A DNA stretch of 64,000 nucleotides. Source: Takakia lepidozioides (taxonomy: Eukaryota; Plantae; Bryophyta). How positions within the stretch are numbered: position 1 is the first letter of the stretch; every line of letters begins with the position of its first letter. The stretch is taken from the NCBI GenBank assembly GCA_030704615.1, contig CM060731.1, positions 58,900,001 to 58,964,000 of the forward strand, in the 5' to 3' direction. The notes beneath the pieces were generated by a model. The model saw only the letters and a list, made by a program, of their open reading frames with translations. It was not told the DNA's origin and searched no databases. This document shows, in pieces, positions 1 to 13,900 of the stretch. A program made the translations under genes and the position numbers.

Positions 1-520
1 TTTTGGCCTAAAACAAATTGGTCCTCAAACCATCAGAGGGATGGCATCCAGCCACAGATACTGAAAGATATGGAAGATGAGGATGAAGTTCCAGAACCTT
101 ACTGTGGCCTTAGGTTGCGAGCGTCCAATGATACCCTTGAATCCGTTCGAGGAATTAAAAAGGTTTTTTGTGCTCGTTTGCCCTCATGACCCAACGACGT
201 GCCTGGTCTGGATGGGAATGGCAATTTCAGATGTCATCCGAGAAAGAGAGGATCCTAATTTTAAGAAAGTGAAGGTGGAGTGGTGGAGACCGAAGAAATG
301 AGGAAATCCCTCAGACTTTGAGAGGTACAGGGACTGTTGGTCAAAAGTTTGGGAGTACAACCCGTCAGATCTTGCTCAGTGGTCCACGTGAACAATGTCG
401 GTTGGACAATGCCGCCACGAAAAAATATGACAAGAAATAGCACATCTACAAATATTCGTGTGGGGGATTCTGGCTTACAAAAAAGAGAGTGCCCCCCGCA
501 AAAAAATGTTGGCACAACCC
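1..520 (+). pseudogene. Degenerate C-terminal fragment of a probable DNA-transposon protein
   Basis: Frame-broken peptide FVLVCPHD..VWMGMAISDV..KVKVEWWRP..YRDCWSKVWEYNP. It resembles, from recollection only, C-termini of TE-associated proteins of non-seed plants. Start lies outside the window. Confidence 0.3.
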
Positions 521-794
521 CTGGAGTCTTTCTTTTCCATCCGGTCTAAATGTTTTTTTCCAATGTCTCGTCATTGCGCCAATTCCAGTCCGTCTCTCAG
601 TGCTTGCACTTGACTCAAGCCAAGTCTCCAACTGAGGTATCCCAAGAGGAACCTTACCCTATCATTATTGTCATACTTTTCAATTTGCCACTCCTTAACT
701 TATACCTCTCATGTTCTCCTCTTTTTCCTGGACCTCTAAGCGAGTTGATGTCTACTAGCACAACGGTCTCCATGTTTGTTTTGTCCATTTCTAA

Positions 795-1985
795 CTTAAA
801 CCAAAACCCCTACCTTAGTAAACCCTTATCCTAGTAAAACCCTTTACCCTAAACCCTTTACCCTAAAAGACCCTTAAAGCATTTATCCCTAAACCCTTAC
901 CATTCCTTTTGCAAATAGGATTGTACTATCCAATGTACCATAACCAATAATGGTTATGGACCTTATGGTAATCCAAATCTCTTCTCCCTTCCTTTTGTGG
1001 CTACTTTTTTCGTTTTGGATTCACATGCACTTACCAAGTTTATATATTAGTGTGCTTTCTATGTATCTTAAGACCAGGTTCCAACGACGAGTCATTAATT
1101 TAAATACGTTCTCTCAATGACTCTCCATATATTTGTGTCTTCTCCACTTTTACCCACATTTTTTTTTTTTTTCATTTTTTGTTTTTAACCATAATTATAC
1201 ATACCAAGTTTTAGTGAGTGCGAATCTTCCATATTTGTTTGTCCATTTATACCTTTACCATCACCCCTAAACCCTTATCCTTCATTTTACCCTTCATTTT
1301 ACCCTTCATTTTACCCTTCCCTGAACCCTTCCATAGGCTTAAGCCGGACCCTTAGTACCCTAAATCATTACTCTTACCATATACCAAAACCTTTTGTGTA
1401 CTACCATAAATCCAAACCCTAAACCCTTACCCTTCCCTTTACCCTGGCCTTAATCCTTACCCTACTTAAGCCTAACACTTACTACCCTAAACCTTATACT
1501 CTTACTATATCCCAAAAACCAGGTTCGTGTACTACCCTACTTACACTCCAAACCAAGTTATTGTACTACCATATATGAGTCTTCCATATTTGTTTGTCCT
1601 TTTCTACCCTAATCCAAACCTTAAACCCTTACCCTTCCCTTAATCCTTATCCTAAGCTTAAGTGTGATCATTAGCACCCTAAACCATTACTCTTACCATA
1701 TACCCAAAAACCAGGTTAGTGTATCACCCTACTTACACTCCAAACCAAATTATTGTACTACCATGTGTGAGTCTTCCATATTTGTTTGTCCTTTTTTATC
1801 CTAAATCCAAACCCTAAACCCTTACCCTTCCTTTTACCTTTCCTTAATCCTTACCATAAGCTTAAGTGTGAACCCTTAGCACCAAACCATTACTCTTACC
1901 ATATACCAAAAATCAGGTTAGTGTACTACCCTACTTACAGTGCTCCAAACCAAGTTATTGCACTACCATGTGTGAGTCTTATAGA
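795..1985. repeat. Degenerate ~190-bp tandem repeat with embedded telomere-like CCCTAAA/AAACCCT motifs
   Basis: Recurring block tcttacca/ctatatcccaaaaaccagg...tactaccctacttacactccaaaccaa.ttattgtactaccat.tg(t)gagtcttccatatttgtttgtcc (near ~1225, 1500-1600, 1690-1790, 1895-1980); many ccctaaaccct motifs. Confidence 0.7.
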
Positions 1986-3739
1986 TATTCTTGCACCTGA
2001 GACTACACTCTTAGTAATATACAGATTCCTGACTACCAATGGTCTAGTCTCACCAGAAAGCAACAGTGGTTTGAGCCAGGAAAGATCATCATGCTTCAAG
2101 GGCTCCATCGTTGTTGTTGTTGAAGCTTGAAGGAATCCAGCGGGGACTGGGTGTAACATTATAGAGAAATGAATGCATAGAACACAACATGGTAGAATAC
2201 ATCCATGCATATAGAAGAACCCGTCTTTCCACTTTCCAGTAGATTCCCAATTTTGTACATTGCGCCTGGAAGTTGGAGACTGTTGTCAAGATCCGATAAG
2301 CCCCTGAATTCGGTCTCAAACATGCCTTGTCAAATCCAAAATGGCATCCATGTGGATAGTGAAAAGTTTGTGGGTTTCTTTCTACAACATGGGTATAGCC
2401 TTGAATTCAGTTCTTTCTATTCTCACACTCTTTTCTCTCTTTTTGCCAAACAAACCAACTGGGGATGGAGTCAATGAACATACTGCTAATTACAAAAAGC
2501 ATTGCATGCTGAAGGATGAAACACAACCCAGACCACCAAAAGAGAGCTAAGCCCTTCATAGTATATCTAGAAAAGCAGAGCATAAGATGAGGCTGATAGT
2601 TACCCGAATAGAATGTGTGGAAGGAGATGTATGACACTCGATATGTCGAAATAGGCCTTGGAATGTCGTGAGCAAGTCGACTAGCCCCCAACTAGTAGAA
2701 ATATGCTTTGCAATGTCAATTTAGAAATTGTGTAGGTATTTGTAGACGTTATGCCAAAACTTGAAGACTACCGCACATAGATTTACATATTTTACGGTGG
2801 TGAGCTTTTTGTTCTGATCATGTTCTGAGCACAATAGAAATGATCTGCCAAAAATTTTTCACATGTGGCTTATGTTGTAACGATGATGTCACCTACTATA
2901 GATGTGCAAGCACCACTTGAGATCTGGTAATTGAAATTCAATGCTTGTTCTATGGCGAAGACACTGGCAGGATGCATACCTGAAATCCAGTTCCGACAAC
3001 CATGGCCACAAAAATAGTTTGGAACTATAGCTGCATCGCCATCAGTAAGCTCTCAACTACCAGCAGACTGAAGGAAGAAGAAAATACAAACGAAATACAT
3101 GAAGTGCCCAAATCCTGCACGCAGCTCCACAATGCATGAGGACACCAAAAGGAAAGGCAGGCGGGATAGCAAGGTCCCGAGTGCATATGCAGATCTTCCA
3201 TAGTGTGGATTTCGTCTCTCACGCAGAAAACCTCCACATGGATAAAGATTTTGATTATTGTTTCCAGAATTATAGGCTTGAGACGTTCAAGTTTCCAAGG
3301 TTCACGTTGATTTCTAAAGCGAGAGTGAGCTTGGAAAATGCCTTGCTAGGTTCCATGCCTGAGGGTCTACAACAATGTTTGAGCACAAAAATGACACACA
3401 TTCTCTTTGGATCTTATGGAATTCAAGATTACTTATTGAAATTTGTCAGTTAAAAAAAGTACTGTGAAGATGGGGCTAAATAGTATGTAGATCTATCGTT
3501 GTTGGAAGGTGGGTGAAGTCATATGGTTGAGAGATGAACCTGCGTTTCCTGACATAGAACGGGGAAGAAGCTATGGCCAAAACATCAAGGCCTCTAGTAC
3601 AAAAATAGACAAGAGACCTAGCCTGCATCATGCACCAAATGAGAGTCAGTTTCAGGAAACTTTCCAACCCCCCTCAATCCCCCTCATCCCTCACAGTCGT
3701 GTCCATAAAATAATACTAGATTTCAAATTTCAAATTTGA

Positions 3740-4050
3740 ACATGTGTAGCCATGAGTAACCATGCATCTGATGGCTTCACTTCCACTGGTCATCATGTTA
3801 GGATCATGACCACATGTGATATCTGCAATGTATGGGTGTATGTTTGACATGATTTATGTGTTGTGGTGACTGTCGGCGGGCGGGCGGCCTGGGGGGGGGA
3901 CCGGGTGGCACGGGGCGGGGGAGGGGGTCCCGGGACCGCGAGCCGCGCAGGAGCTGCGAAGTGGGCGTCTAGGGCGTGGGGGGTGCCACGCAGGCAGGAC
4001 CCTTGGGCTCGCATTAAACTCCTGGGACTTTTCTAATGTGCGCCCAAAAC
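3740..4050. mobile_element. GC-rich probable TE terminal/subterminal region, homologous to 51900-52243
   Basis: Same-orientation shared blocks gaccgcgagcc.cgcaggagc, ggggtgccacgca.gcaggacc, tcgcattaaactcc.ggg.cttttctaatgtgcgcc; both copies are preceded by a CATG-rich stretch. Confidence 0.6.
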
Positions 4051-4559
4051 ATCTCTAGTATCCGTGAGTGGTATTGAAATGAAACTACAACACTTCATTC
4101 GAAGGTTTTGCAGGCTTACGAAACACTACGGATAGCTCAGGCATAACACAACTCCATTAACATGAATCATTTCGGCTGCATAAGGATGGATGTTTGAGTA
4201 CGATATGCATTCATTGGATTGTTCGGAGTGGACAGAGGACTGAAATCACTAAACCTATGGATGGCTGTGATATGAGGAAGAAGGGCCCATACAATGCCTG
4301 CAAACATTTGTACTATGTTCTTCTTTTGAAGCTACAATTCAGTCAACGTGCGGAAGAAACATATTTAAACCTAAAACAAAACAGAAACTGAACTTTGTTT
4401 TTGACAAATTTCCTATTCCATGGATCATTGGAAAAAAAACAAAAAAAACAAAAAAACGACGTACCCCTTAATTTAACAAGCCGCAAATGGTGAAAGGCTT
4501 TATCGACTGAAGCAAAAGTGAGGTGTTCCCAATAGTTTTTACCAAATCTCATGTTTTTG

Positions 4560-5760
4560 CTCTATTGAGAAGTTATCCGAGAGCAGCGGACATACCCGAT
4601 TTTTATCAAGTCAGGTTCCAGTCCAAGGAAACACCATCCCCGGCCTTGAGGGAGAAAACAAATGCATGGATGAGTACATGCAAGCCCTCCCCCATTGTAA
4701 GTATGAATAGATTGTAAGGATTATCTGGAAGATTCAACCACTTTCCTGAACATTCCATGACCTGGATTGCCATTTCTTTTGCAAGTCTAATGAACTACAT
4801 CTTGTTTATATATTTCATCCATCTTTAAATATGGATGAATTATTCTAGCTACACCTGTCCTGAACTAATTAGACTCTAAATCGGCAGGGCCAACAAAGCC
4901 TCCACAGGCCTTTAATAAGGTTTTAACATGACATTTTTCCTGGATCTGAATCAGGCCTACAAGTACTAAAGGATAACCAAACTTCCCAATGAGAACTAAT
5001 CTACTTACAACTTCAAATTAATTCACCTGTATGATCTCAAACAGGACGACGGTATGTCAAAATATTGCCCATCCCCTCTCGAGAGTGACATGGAACTGAA
5101 GGGGGGTGTAACTCCAATGCGTTTGATACTGCCCGTGAATGCACTGTTTTCTATTTGTGTGCTGGGGAGAGGGCCTCTTTTAAGATTGACCCTCTCCCAC
5201 TCCTCACATCCACCTCGTTCTAGGATCGGGGGAACTCTACAGAGCTTAACTGGCAAATTTGAATTGACCCCGGAGAATGGTTCTCACAATACTCCAGTTT
5301 CCAACTACTCTTCAAAGCTTGGCTACTCGCCCATGCTGGACCGCTCCTCGCAGACAGCCAAATGGCTCAGCAATTGGGCTCACTTGGTTCCACCATCCTT
5401 TAACTGGACTGGCATGTGGAAAGAATTTTGGCTGCCGTGCATAGCTTCCAAGCTTGGGGACTTCCTCTGGAAAAACTGTAAAAACTGAAGACAAACTTGA
5501 CTCCCAATGGGGACGAGAGAAATCATCTGCACTGGGTTCGTTGAGGAAGGCACTCTCTGCTCCTTCACTCTCCCTGAAGGTTGGAAGATCCCCTGCGTGT
5601 GGCCTTCGCCATTGCTGGAGAGGAGGAAGATACTAATTGGAGGCATCGTAAAAACGAAAATCCCTAGCTCCAAGCTCAAAGCCCACCTCAGTTTCGACAA
5701 TAACGTTGATAGATCATCCCGAGCTCTTGTTAGATAGGTTCATCTCTGTTGATCTTAGCT
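4560..5760 (+). pseudogene. Degenerate L1-type LINE ORF2 3' remnant (zf-RVT-like region)
   Basis: Peptide WTGMWKEFWLPCIASKLGDFLWK matches the W..lW....P.Ki..FlWk pattern of plant LINE zf-RVT; the rest is broken. Confidence 0.4.
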
Positions 5761-6499
5761 GTTCATTGATAGACGTAATTTAACTCACTCTGCTCAGGTT
5801 GTTATGGCGTCCTTGGGCCTCACCCTTGGTCCTGGTTTTTGTTATCTCTTTGTCGTTCATGTTCGGCCTTTTCTGTCCTTTAAAAAACATGTCCTTCACC
5901 TTTCAAGCCTCCCCTCCGAGTCAGCTTTCAGTACTGCTCACCGATCACAACATATTACAAATGATTTGAATAAAAAGTTGTTATACTTCGTAACTACAAA
6001 CTATCCTACAATTATTAACTTATAAGAGATTTCAACAGAAGTTTGATTGTGCGCAGCGCCGTGAGCTCCACAAACGCCTGAAATCGATGGACAAAGTGCA
6101 GTCACTGATGTACTGCTTTGATGCAGCTTTGATCATGCACTTGTACGTGACTTATGTTTCAACTTGGTGATGTACGCTTCCCATGCATAGCCCGTTATGG
6201 ATTGTGCATTACGTTTTTTTTTTGAATCTAGGTACCTTGGTGGTCAACTATGAATACCTATATCCATGTGAAGTTCGCCCCCCTTATGACCCTGACCCGA
6301 GACATATGTGAACCGAATGGGTCGAAGTGGGCGGTTTGGTCGCCAAGGTCGCAAAACAGACCTTGTTATATCTTGTTTCTTCATCTATGGAAGTCTACAG
6401 ATTATAACACAAGCAAAGGCCGGAGCTGGTTGCTCTCAAAGTCCTAAGACTTGTATTCCAACGTTCTTGGGGTTCATATGCATCAGGATTAGCCTTTCT

Positions 6500-7200
6500 C
6501 TGGTACTCGTGTTTGATCATTTCTACTCATTGGTCAAAGCGGCATAAGAAATTTGTTTCTCACCAAACCCGAAACTGTCTCTTGTCCGTAGGTGCTGCTT
6601 TCAATTGGGTGGTCGATGAAAGACATGTCATGAACATTGAGCAGCCATTTAAGACACCTGAGGTAAGTGCAGGCTAAGGCCATGGTTCCTATGTGTGGAT
6701 GTGCTTGATCTGTCACTCGAAACTATTTTTTCTTATTTGGTCTGTTCTCGGTGTCTACTGTGCTACTGGACAGTAAGACTTGAAATGGGACGGTGGGGTT
6801 GTTCCTCTGGAGATCTCTAGGGAGTTCATCCGGATGGAGCCATTAATTACTTGCGGTAGCTGGTCAAACACCTTTTCACACACAGTGATGACACCAACTG
6901 GCCCACACACAACTCCTGACATCTTTCCTTACGAAACTCGTGACATGCTTCTTTTAAGAGTTCGAACAGGGTGCTGACAATCTGAAAATTAATTTTGAAC
7001 TTCCGACAGAAACTTACTGCAAACCCTAATAATAAGGCAATAAGAATGATCTGAGTTCCTGCACATTTGTAGGAGAAACCCAATCCAACTTCATCGTTTG
7101 GATTTTCCCAGGGGCCATAGAAATCCTCTTATCACACTTACAAAATTTGGCAAAGTTTAGTATGCAATAACACCCTCAAGACTTCTCTAAGATGTTATAC
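6500..7200 (-). pseudogene. Highly decayed Ty3/Gypsy pol remnant
   Basis: Minus-strand fragments WVSPTNVQELRSFL and GFAVSFCRKFKINF..TLFELLKE resemble the RT thumb motif P.nvkElrsFLGl..fYRkFi.nfs...pL.eLlk. Confidence 0.4.
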
Positions 7201-8992
7201 ACTTTATTATAAGAATTCGATGCATGCATCTTATGTATTTTCCAGTTTTGGCCGGATGTATAGTCATCAGGATACAAACTCGGATATCAAGGTATCCGGA
7301 CCCGGAACCTGCAATTTTTATGACCCGGGCTAGCTGCATATGAAAATGCGAAAGAAAATATTATATACCCAGTATAACACCCACCGGATATCCGACCGAT
7401 ACCCGTCAATACCCGACGGATATCCAGCCTAAAATTAATAACCAGATGCATACCCGGATCAGATGTTTATCTTGTTGATAATACCCCGAACCGGTGGGTT
7501 TCTAGAACCAAAAACTTTTTATACCCAGCAACAGGTGGATATTAAGGAACTGGTATTTTCGTATTTTCGCCGGCTCCCATAGCCATCTGTCAAATCCTCC
7601 CCAGGGCCTCTTTATTACCCCGGACTCACTATTAAATGTTATACAATGCATAAAGCTGCTGGGCATTGACGAGTGGTCTACTGGTAAAGTAAGGCGCTGG
7701 CAAACATCACTATGAAGCCACCCATTCCCAATCTGAATGGATTGTCGTGTCACCTATCATCTATGCCTTGCAGCAACTTCATTTTTGTCCTTCTCATGCT
7801 TAGTCAAAAGTATGGCAGTTGTTCCACCAATTGGAGGGACACACGGGTCCGTGTCACTCCAATCTGTGTCACTCTTGAGAGATGGGGAAGATTTGAGGGG
7901 AGTGAGGGGCTGGGGATTCAAACTTTTGATTTGCTTCTACTTTCTGGGCTCCTTTGAGCATTCCTTGGCGGCTTCTTTGTGTGCTTCTCTTCCCATTTTC
8001 AACGTGCCCTTTCCTGTTTGTTGTTTTCTGGCTTTGGTCATCTGGAGGGGGTGTTTATTCTCTTTGTAAGTAAGTTAAGCCTCATGGCCGGGTGGTTATT
8101 TTTTCCACTTCTTCTCATGCAATTGGGGCCTGGCCCTTTTTTCAAAGAAAAAAGGAGGGGGAGTGTATCCGATTTTCCATGGAAGAAGTGATCCGAGGGG
8201 ATCGGACGGTGGATGGTAAGAATAGTGCACTGTACTTGTTGGCAGGGTGCGAGAGGGGGTTCTTAAATGGGGGAATTGTGACAAGGAATGCACGCGCGCA
8301 CGCGCACAGAGAGAAAGATAGAGGTGGGTGGGGGAAGTGGTCGGCTGTGAAGATGAGGTCAGAAGGTGGGACTTGTGGACGGTGTTGCTCCAGTTGGGCG
8401 GGGAGGATGCGAGAGGATGGAATGATAAGGGAGCTACAGCAAGCTGGAGCAGAAGAAGATTTGTACTGAAGCGGGTTGGAACATGAGAAGGACGGTCGAT
8501 GGGTGAGAGGATGAGCTAGAATACCCCGCATCAGGTCTTTGAGAAGCTGGCAACATGGCCTTCTTGTTGATTTCAGTCCTGTGGACTCAAGGCGACAGCC
8601 CCTGAGGAATAAGAGATTTTGAAAAACTATCGATTTCAACGAAGTGCATGGTAAGTTACTGAGGCGATAATTGATTACAATTGTGATTACTGTGCTTCTG
8701 TCGGTGTCCGCTCGATGATTGGGGATCAGAGAGGGCTGCTGATGAGAGGGAATATCAAGTAAAAGTTGAGAGTTAGACGACAGGATCATACCTCCAAACT
8801 CAAGTCCTGGGGGGAGATATAGGCTGGTCGATTCAGATATAGCGGAACGAAGGTGGGGATACCTGGATAGTCTAGAACTCCGGAAGAGAAGGGCAAGTGA
8901 TCCTTTCGTGAAATATGCAGGAAGTAGAGTGCAGTAAAATCTGAAAGGACAGTGTGAAGTCTTCATTTCTGGGAGGAGGAAGACAGAGAGAG

Positions 8993-10920
8993 ATGGATGG
9001 GAGGTGGCAATTCGCTTTCGGGCAGCTCCGGCCCACATTTGTGGACGCATGGTCGATCACAGGCTTCGCCTTTGTTGGAGTTGCTGCGGTCCTCGCCATC
9101 TTAGGACTCAACAGTAGGAGATCGAGGTATCCTCCAGGACCCCGTTCCTGGCCTATTTTGGGCTCGTTGTTGTCACTTGGGGATGATCTTCCAGCTCATC
9201 GAATGTTTGCAAAGCTGGCGGACAAGCATGGGCCTCTCATGCTAGTTAGGATGGGATCAATGCCCACTATCATTGTCTCGAATGCTGAAGTTGCAGCAGC
9301 TCTTCTCAAGTCTCAGGATCATACCTTTGCATCCCGCCCCCGATTCTTTGCGGAAAAGATCAGTGGCAATGAATGTAGTATGTTGTTGGCGCCCGACGGT
9401 CGACATTTTCGCCACATGCGCAATATCTACACACGACATCTCCTCTCTCCTGCGAGGGTGGCAGCTACTTTGGATATCAGGGAGAAATCTGTACGAAAGA
9501 TCATCAAATCTTTGCTTGACGATCGCGCAGCGGGTGTACATCCGCACAACGTGACGCAGAAATTGTCCAGCCTGGAACTGTACTACACGGGAGCATTGAT
9601 ATTTGGTGAAAACTTTGAAAGCCATGGTGTGTCTCTCGAGATACAGAAGTTCCTGAACCTTGTGCAGGAGGCCACTAGTTCCACCAAGCTCCTTTACCCC
9701 GGAGACTTCTTCTCCAATATTCTGGGATGGTCCGACCCCGAGAAGGCTGGCCGCAAATTGAATTGCACATACGACCGCATGAAGAGGTCATGCACCTCGC
9801 TCATCATGCATTATCAAAAGGAGCAGACGAAAGGTGCAACATGCCGAGCTTGCAACGAAAGCGATTCTATTATCGATATACTCTTGTCCTTGAAGGGCGA
9901 GGACAGCCTTTCAACCGAAGCAATGGTCGCTGTTGTTATAGTAAGTCTCCTTCACTACGTTTCGCTGAATTCCTCTCTTACATTCTTTACATTCTTTACA
10001 TGTTCAGTGTCATGTAAGCATAGTCACATGCAGTAACCATGAAAATAACTAGCTAGGCTCATTTGTGGCTGTCGCGCAGGACCTCATATCAGCAGGTCTG
10101 AACACAACAGTTGCTGCAATAGAGTGGACACTTTTGGAGCTCTTGCACGATCTTACGACGTTCAGCAAAGTTCAAAAGGAGCTCGATCAAGTAATTGGTC
10201 GCCTGCGAATGGTGAAGGAATCCGACATTGCGAATTTGCCATACTTGCAGGTACTGTAATCTCAGATCACAGCAATTGCAAGCCCAGAAATCTTTCAGCA
10301 CCTACTTCAATATCTGTAAACTATCCCTCGAATGTAGAACTTAATCCAGAGCTTCAATGCAGGGAGGGGGTTTAGCTTCAACATAGCTGCAAACAATCAG
10401 TTGACGGGTCAAATTTGGGACAGTTCGCTCAACACATGATTTGTGAAATTGGCAGGCATGTGTGAAGGAGTCCCTCCGATTGCACCCTCCAGCACCCATG
10501 GGGCTTCCCCATGCGAGCCAAGAGGCATGCAAGCTGGCTGGCTTTGATATCCCAGCAAACACTACGGCGCTGGTGAACATCTGGACTGTCGGGCGGGACC
10601 CCAAGGTGTGGGACCGGCCAAACGAGTTTCGTCCACAAAGGCATCTGGGCTCGGACGTGAGTGTGTTCGGAAGTGACCACAAGCTCTTCCCATTTTCGTC
10701 AGGCAGCCGGGGCTGCCCAGGAGCACAGCTCGCGATGGCTACTCTCCATCTCGTTCTGGCAAATCTAATGCAGTGCGTCAACTGGGCACCGACATGGCAC
10801 GGCGCTGACATGAGTGAAAAACCTGGAATGATCTGCTCACGGCCCAAGGATTTGGTTCTCGCCTTCACTCTTCGCTTGCCCCTCGATGGATTCCCAGCTT
10901 TGGGCATCCCCCTTGACTGA
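8993..10920 (+). CDS. Cytochrome P450, CYP71 clan (A-type); exons 8993-9940, 10080-10250, 10456-10920; ~527 aa
   Basis: N-terminal TM anchor and PPGPRSWPILG hinge; I-helix AGLNTT; K-helix ESLR; PQRH (PERF position); heme motif FSSGSRGCPG. GT-AG phase-0 introns (gtaagt..gcgcag, gtactg..ggcag) join an uninterrupted frame; the first intron sits at the conserved A-type position before the I-helix. Confidence 0.93.
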
Positions 10921-13900
10921 CAGCTTAAAACCTATTCCTTCTCTCCCTCTGTCCCCGATCAATGGCTCCACTTTGGCATACCACTGAATCCTGAGTAACT
11001 CTCATCTCCTCCCCAACCTTATGTATACAGCTGGAGGAATCCTGTCACCAAAAAGTGTAATCTACATGCATGCTATGTATTGAAAATTAACACGTGCGAT
11101 GGGAAACAGTGTGAAAGTGGTTGTCCATAAAAAAAGTTCGAATGCAGTCCCACTAATCCCACTCGTAGATCACAGATGGACTGCTTTGCAATGCTCCTTA
11201 AGCGTTGGATCTCTTGTTTTCCAAATACAATTGTCAGCCCTTCCGATGTTCCCGTTAAGCCATGTTATTCCTCTGCCATACACTCTTACCCGAGTCGATG
11301 CAGAACCATCAAGGCGGCATATTTTGTCACCCATCGGGAATTATTTTCTCTCTAAACCAAAGTATATACAGATGCTGCAGCAAGACTTTCTCTCAGTGAA
11401 GGGGCCGCCAGGAAACAGAACATCGATCGATTCTGAAATTGTAGTGGATGCAAACATGCACGCGCCGCTGCCTCATCTCACAGGCTTTGTTACTGTGTGT
11501 ATCTCTCAAGTGCTAAGTTAAAAGTTAATGAAAACATAGGCTAAGTAGTAATCGCTGGGGATAAAGATGTAGAACCCATACCAGGCCTTCGGATAGGTTA
11601 TGTGCTGCGTCATACGACCGCCCATCGTACAGTCGAAAGAAGACAGGACACTGCGAACTACAAAACAATGTGATTAATGGTTATCGTTGTCAGGCTGAAC
11701 AGAGCCTTGAATGACATTTGCCAGTGCAATAACAATCTCTGACACTGCATCTTCCTTTCACACACTTCTCAAACAGCTCTTTTTCTCTTACATGCAAGAC
11801 TGGGGTGTTCCTGCACACTAGAGTGTACTTCTCTCATTTCAGACACCCTGTTCGCTTACTTAACCCTAGTTTCTGTCTGGACCCGAAATTGAACCCATAT
11901 AATTGACCAACCGCTGTTGACGCCTACGTACCATGAGCAAACTAAATATCACATCAGAGAGTACCATGCGCTGAGATCTGAGTGCCAAGTGACAAGACGA
12001 GTATGGAAGAGGCAGGGACATTTGGCTCATTCATGTGAAAAGGTTGCGTACAGTGCATTTGGTGAAGAGAGGTGAGAATGGCGTGAGTGTGTTGCTCACA
12101 GTACGCGAGTCATGGCGTGTACTAGTCTCGTCTTTGTGCAAAGCAGCGTGTCGTTCCCCTGCGACTACACTATGGACTCATCATTTCTCATTCAAGTCAA
12201 GCTATGGCTGTCCTTGCAGACCAACAAACCAACAGCCAATCTCAGTACGGGCTCCCACTTCCCAAGCACGTGCCCAACCTTTCTCGACCTTCGGTTTCAC
12301 GTCTCCTGCCCGATTTCTCCTTATCCACCGTCCCGCACTGCAATCCACAACCGGATATCCTGTTGTAAGATGCATGTGGAAAAACGGGTCAGCACGTCGA
12401 TCACTGCAACATATTTCTAACACACCTGAAAGTGTTTGTCGATTTGTCGGCGTATAGAATCGAATTCCAGGCTCGACAAGGCGATCGATCGACTCGCAAG
12501 GACGATAATACATCAGTGCTACACAAACATGAGCCAAGTTTCGGTTTCCCCGTCTCCATTGCAAGCTTGCGAGTGCTAAGAATATAGCAGGGAATGGAAT
12601 CTCTTAGCGGACTCGCCTAGTTCCGATAAGCACACCAAAAAAGGAAGACAAGGAGTAAAATCTCAACCCCTTGAGTTTCCAGACAATCAAACAAATGAGA
12701 GACCATTCAGCTAGACTGGATACAGTGCCTCCAACAACAACCCACTGGCAGAGCGCAAGAAAACAGTCTCAATGTATCTCGGAAAAAGAGGAAGTATCGG
12801 CAAACACTTGAAAAACTTCTTGATAAGACAGAAACTGCAAACCATAGTTTGATCTCACAACACCATCGATCAGTTATCCATAACGCAACTTGCATTGAGA
12901 GAGCGCTTGTGAGGTGAATCTCTCCCTCGAGAGAGAGAAGATCGGTTTGGAGCTAAACAGGGTACATACGGAACTTTAGTCGACAAGCAGACAGCGCTTT
13001 TATAAATAATGAGACGAGAATCAGGAAAAATACCTTTGAAACTGCAATTCCAGGCGAAGCTGGGGCAGACAGGTAATGTTAGCGGTGAAACAGTCCATTG
13101 ATGTCCATGAATTATTCTTGTAGGTGCTAATGAACAAAATTAGAGGCATACTCACTTCTCCTGAAGTGCATATCACCGCAATAACAAGCCTTTAACCGAC
13201 CGATTGCCATAGAAAGAGATAAACTGCCACAAGGTAAGGAATTCAGAACACAGACAGCATTCAGAACAGGTGTCCCTCGTCGAACAAAAGGGCTAGGACA
13301 CAAGATCTTCCTTGAAATGCAGCCCGCTTAGGTTGCTCGTAATCGCTGCTACAACGTTATGAGCACAGCAAATCCCTCTCCACACCTCCCAAAACCAAAA
13401 TTGCGCAAGGAGAGAGAACAAAGGGAAAAGGCAAGCACAAAACATGCACACGACTGATCAATATGCACATGCTCGCCAAATGGAGCAGATGATCTCCACA
13501 CGATACTAAGAATAGATGTGAAGTTCTTCACGCTCTGAACAGAAGATCTGGAATCAGGCTGAAGGACATTTTATTGCGTCAATTACGGTATATTTGTAAG
13601 AGTGAATACCACATTAAATAACAAGTACATCCTCTCCTTGCTTCTTCTGTATGACCAATTTTCTGTCATCCTGTCTCTGCAATCAATCTGCAATGCCTCT
13701 TCTCAGCTAGCGATGTGACTGCATCAGTGTTAGTGACTACTCCCTGCTGTAATGTCAGCTCATCTTTGTCAGCTGAGGCCAATGGCACGTGCGCCTCTCT
13801 TCCCTCTCCAACCTTGGCTTTCTCCACCACACTGCTTTGATCAGGTGCTACTGTTGTCCCCACAATTCCTCCCTCACCTACACCTACCTCCCTGCCCTAC

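Noticed and set aside
7250-7630. Cluster of CCGGAT/ATCCG motifs suggesting a MITE or hAT end
   Set aside because: No TIR or TSD could be delimited.
8142-9050. 302-aa minus-strand ORF overlapping the P450 start
   Set aside because: S/L/P-rich with no recognisable domain and antisense to the P450 5' region; probably spurious or decayed repeat.
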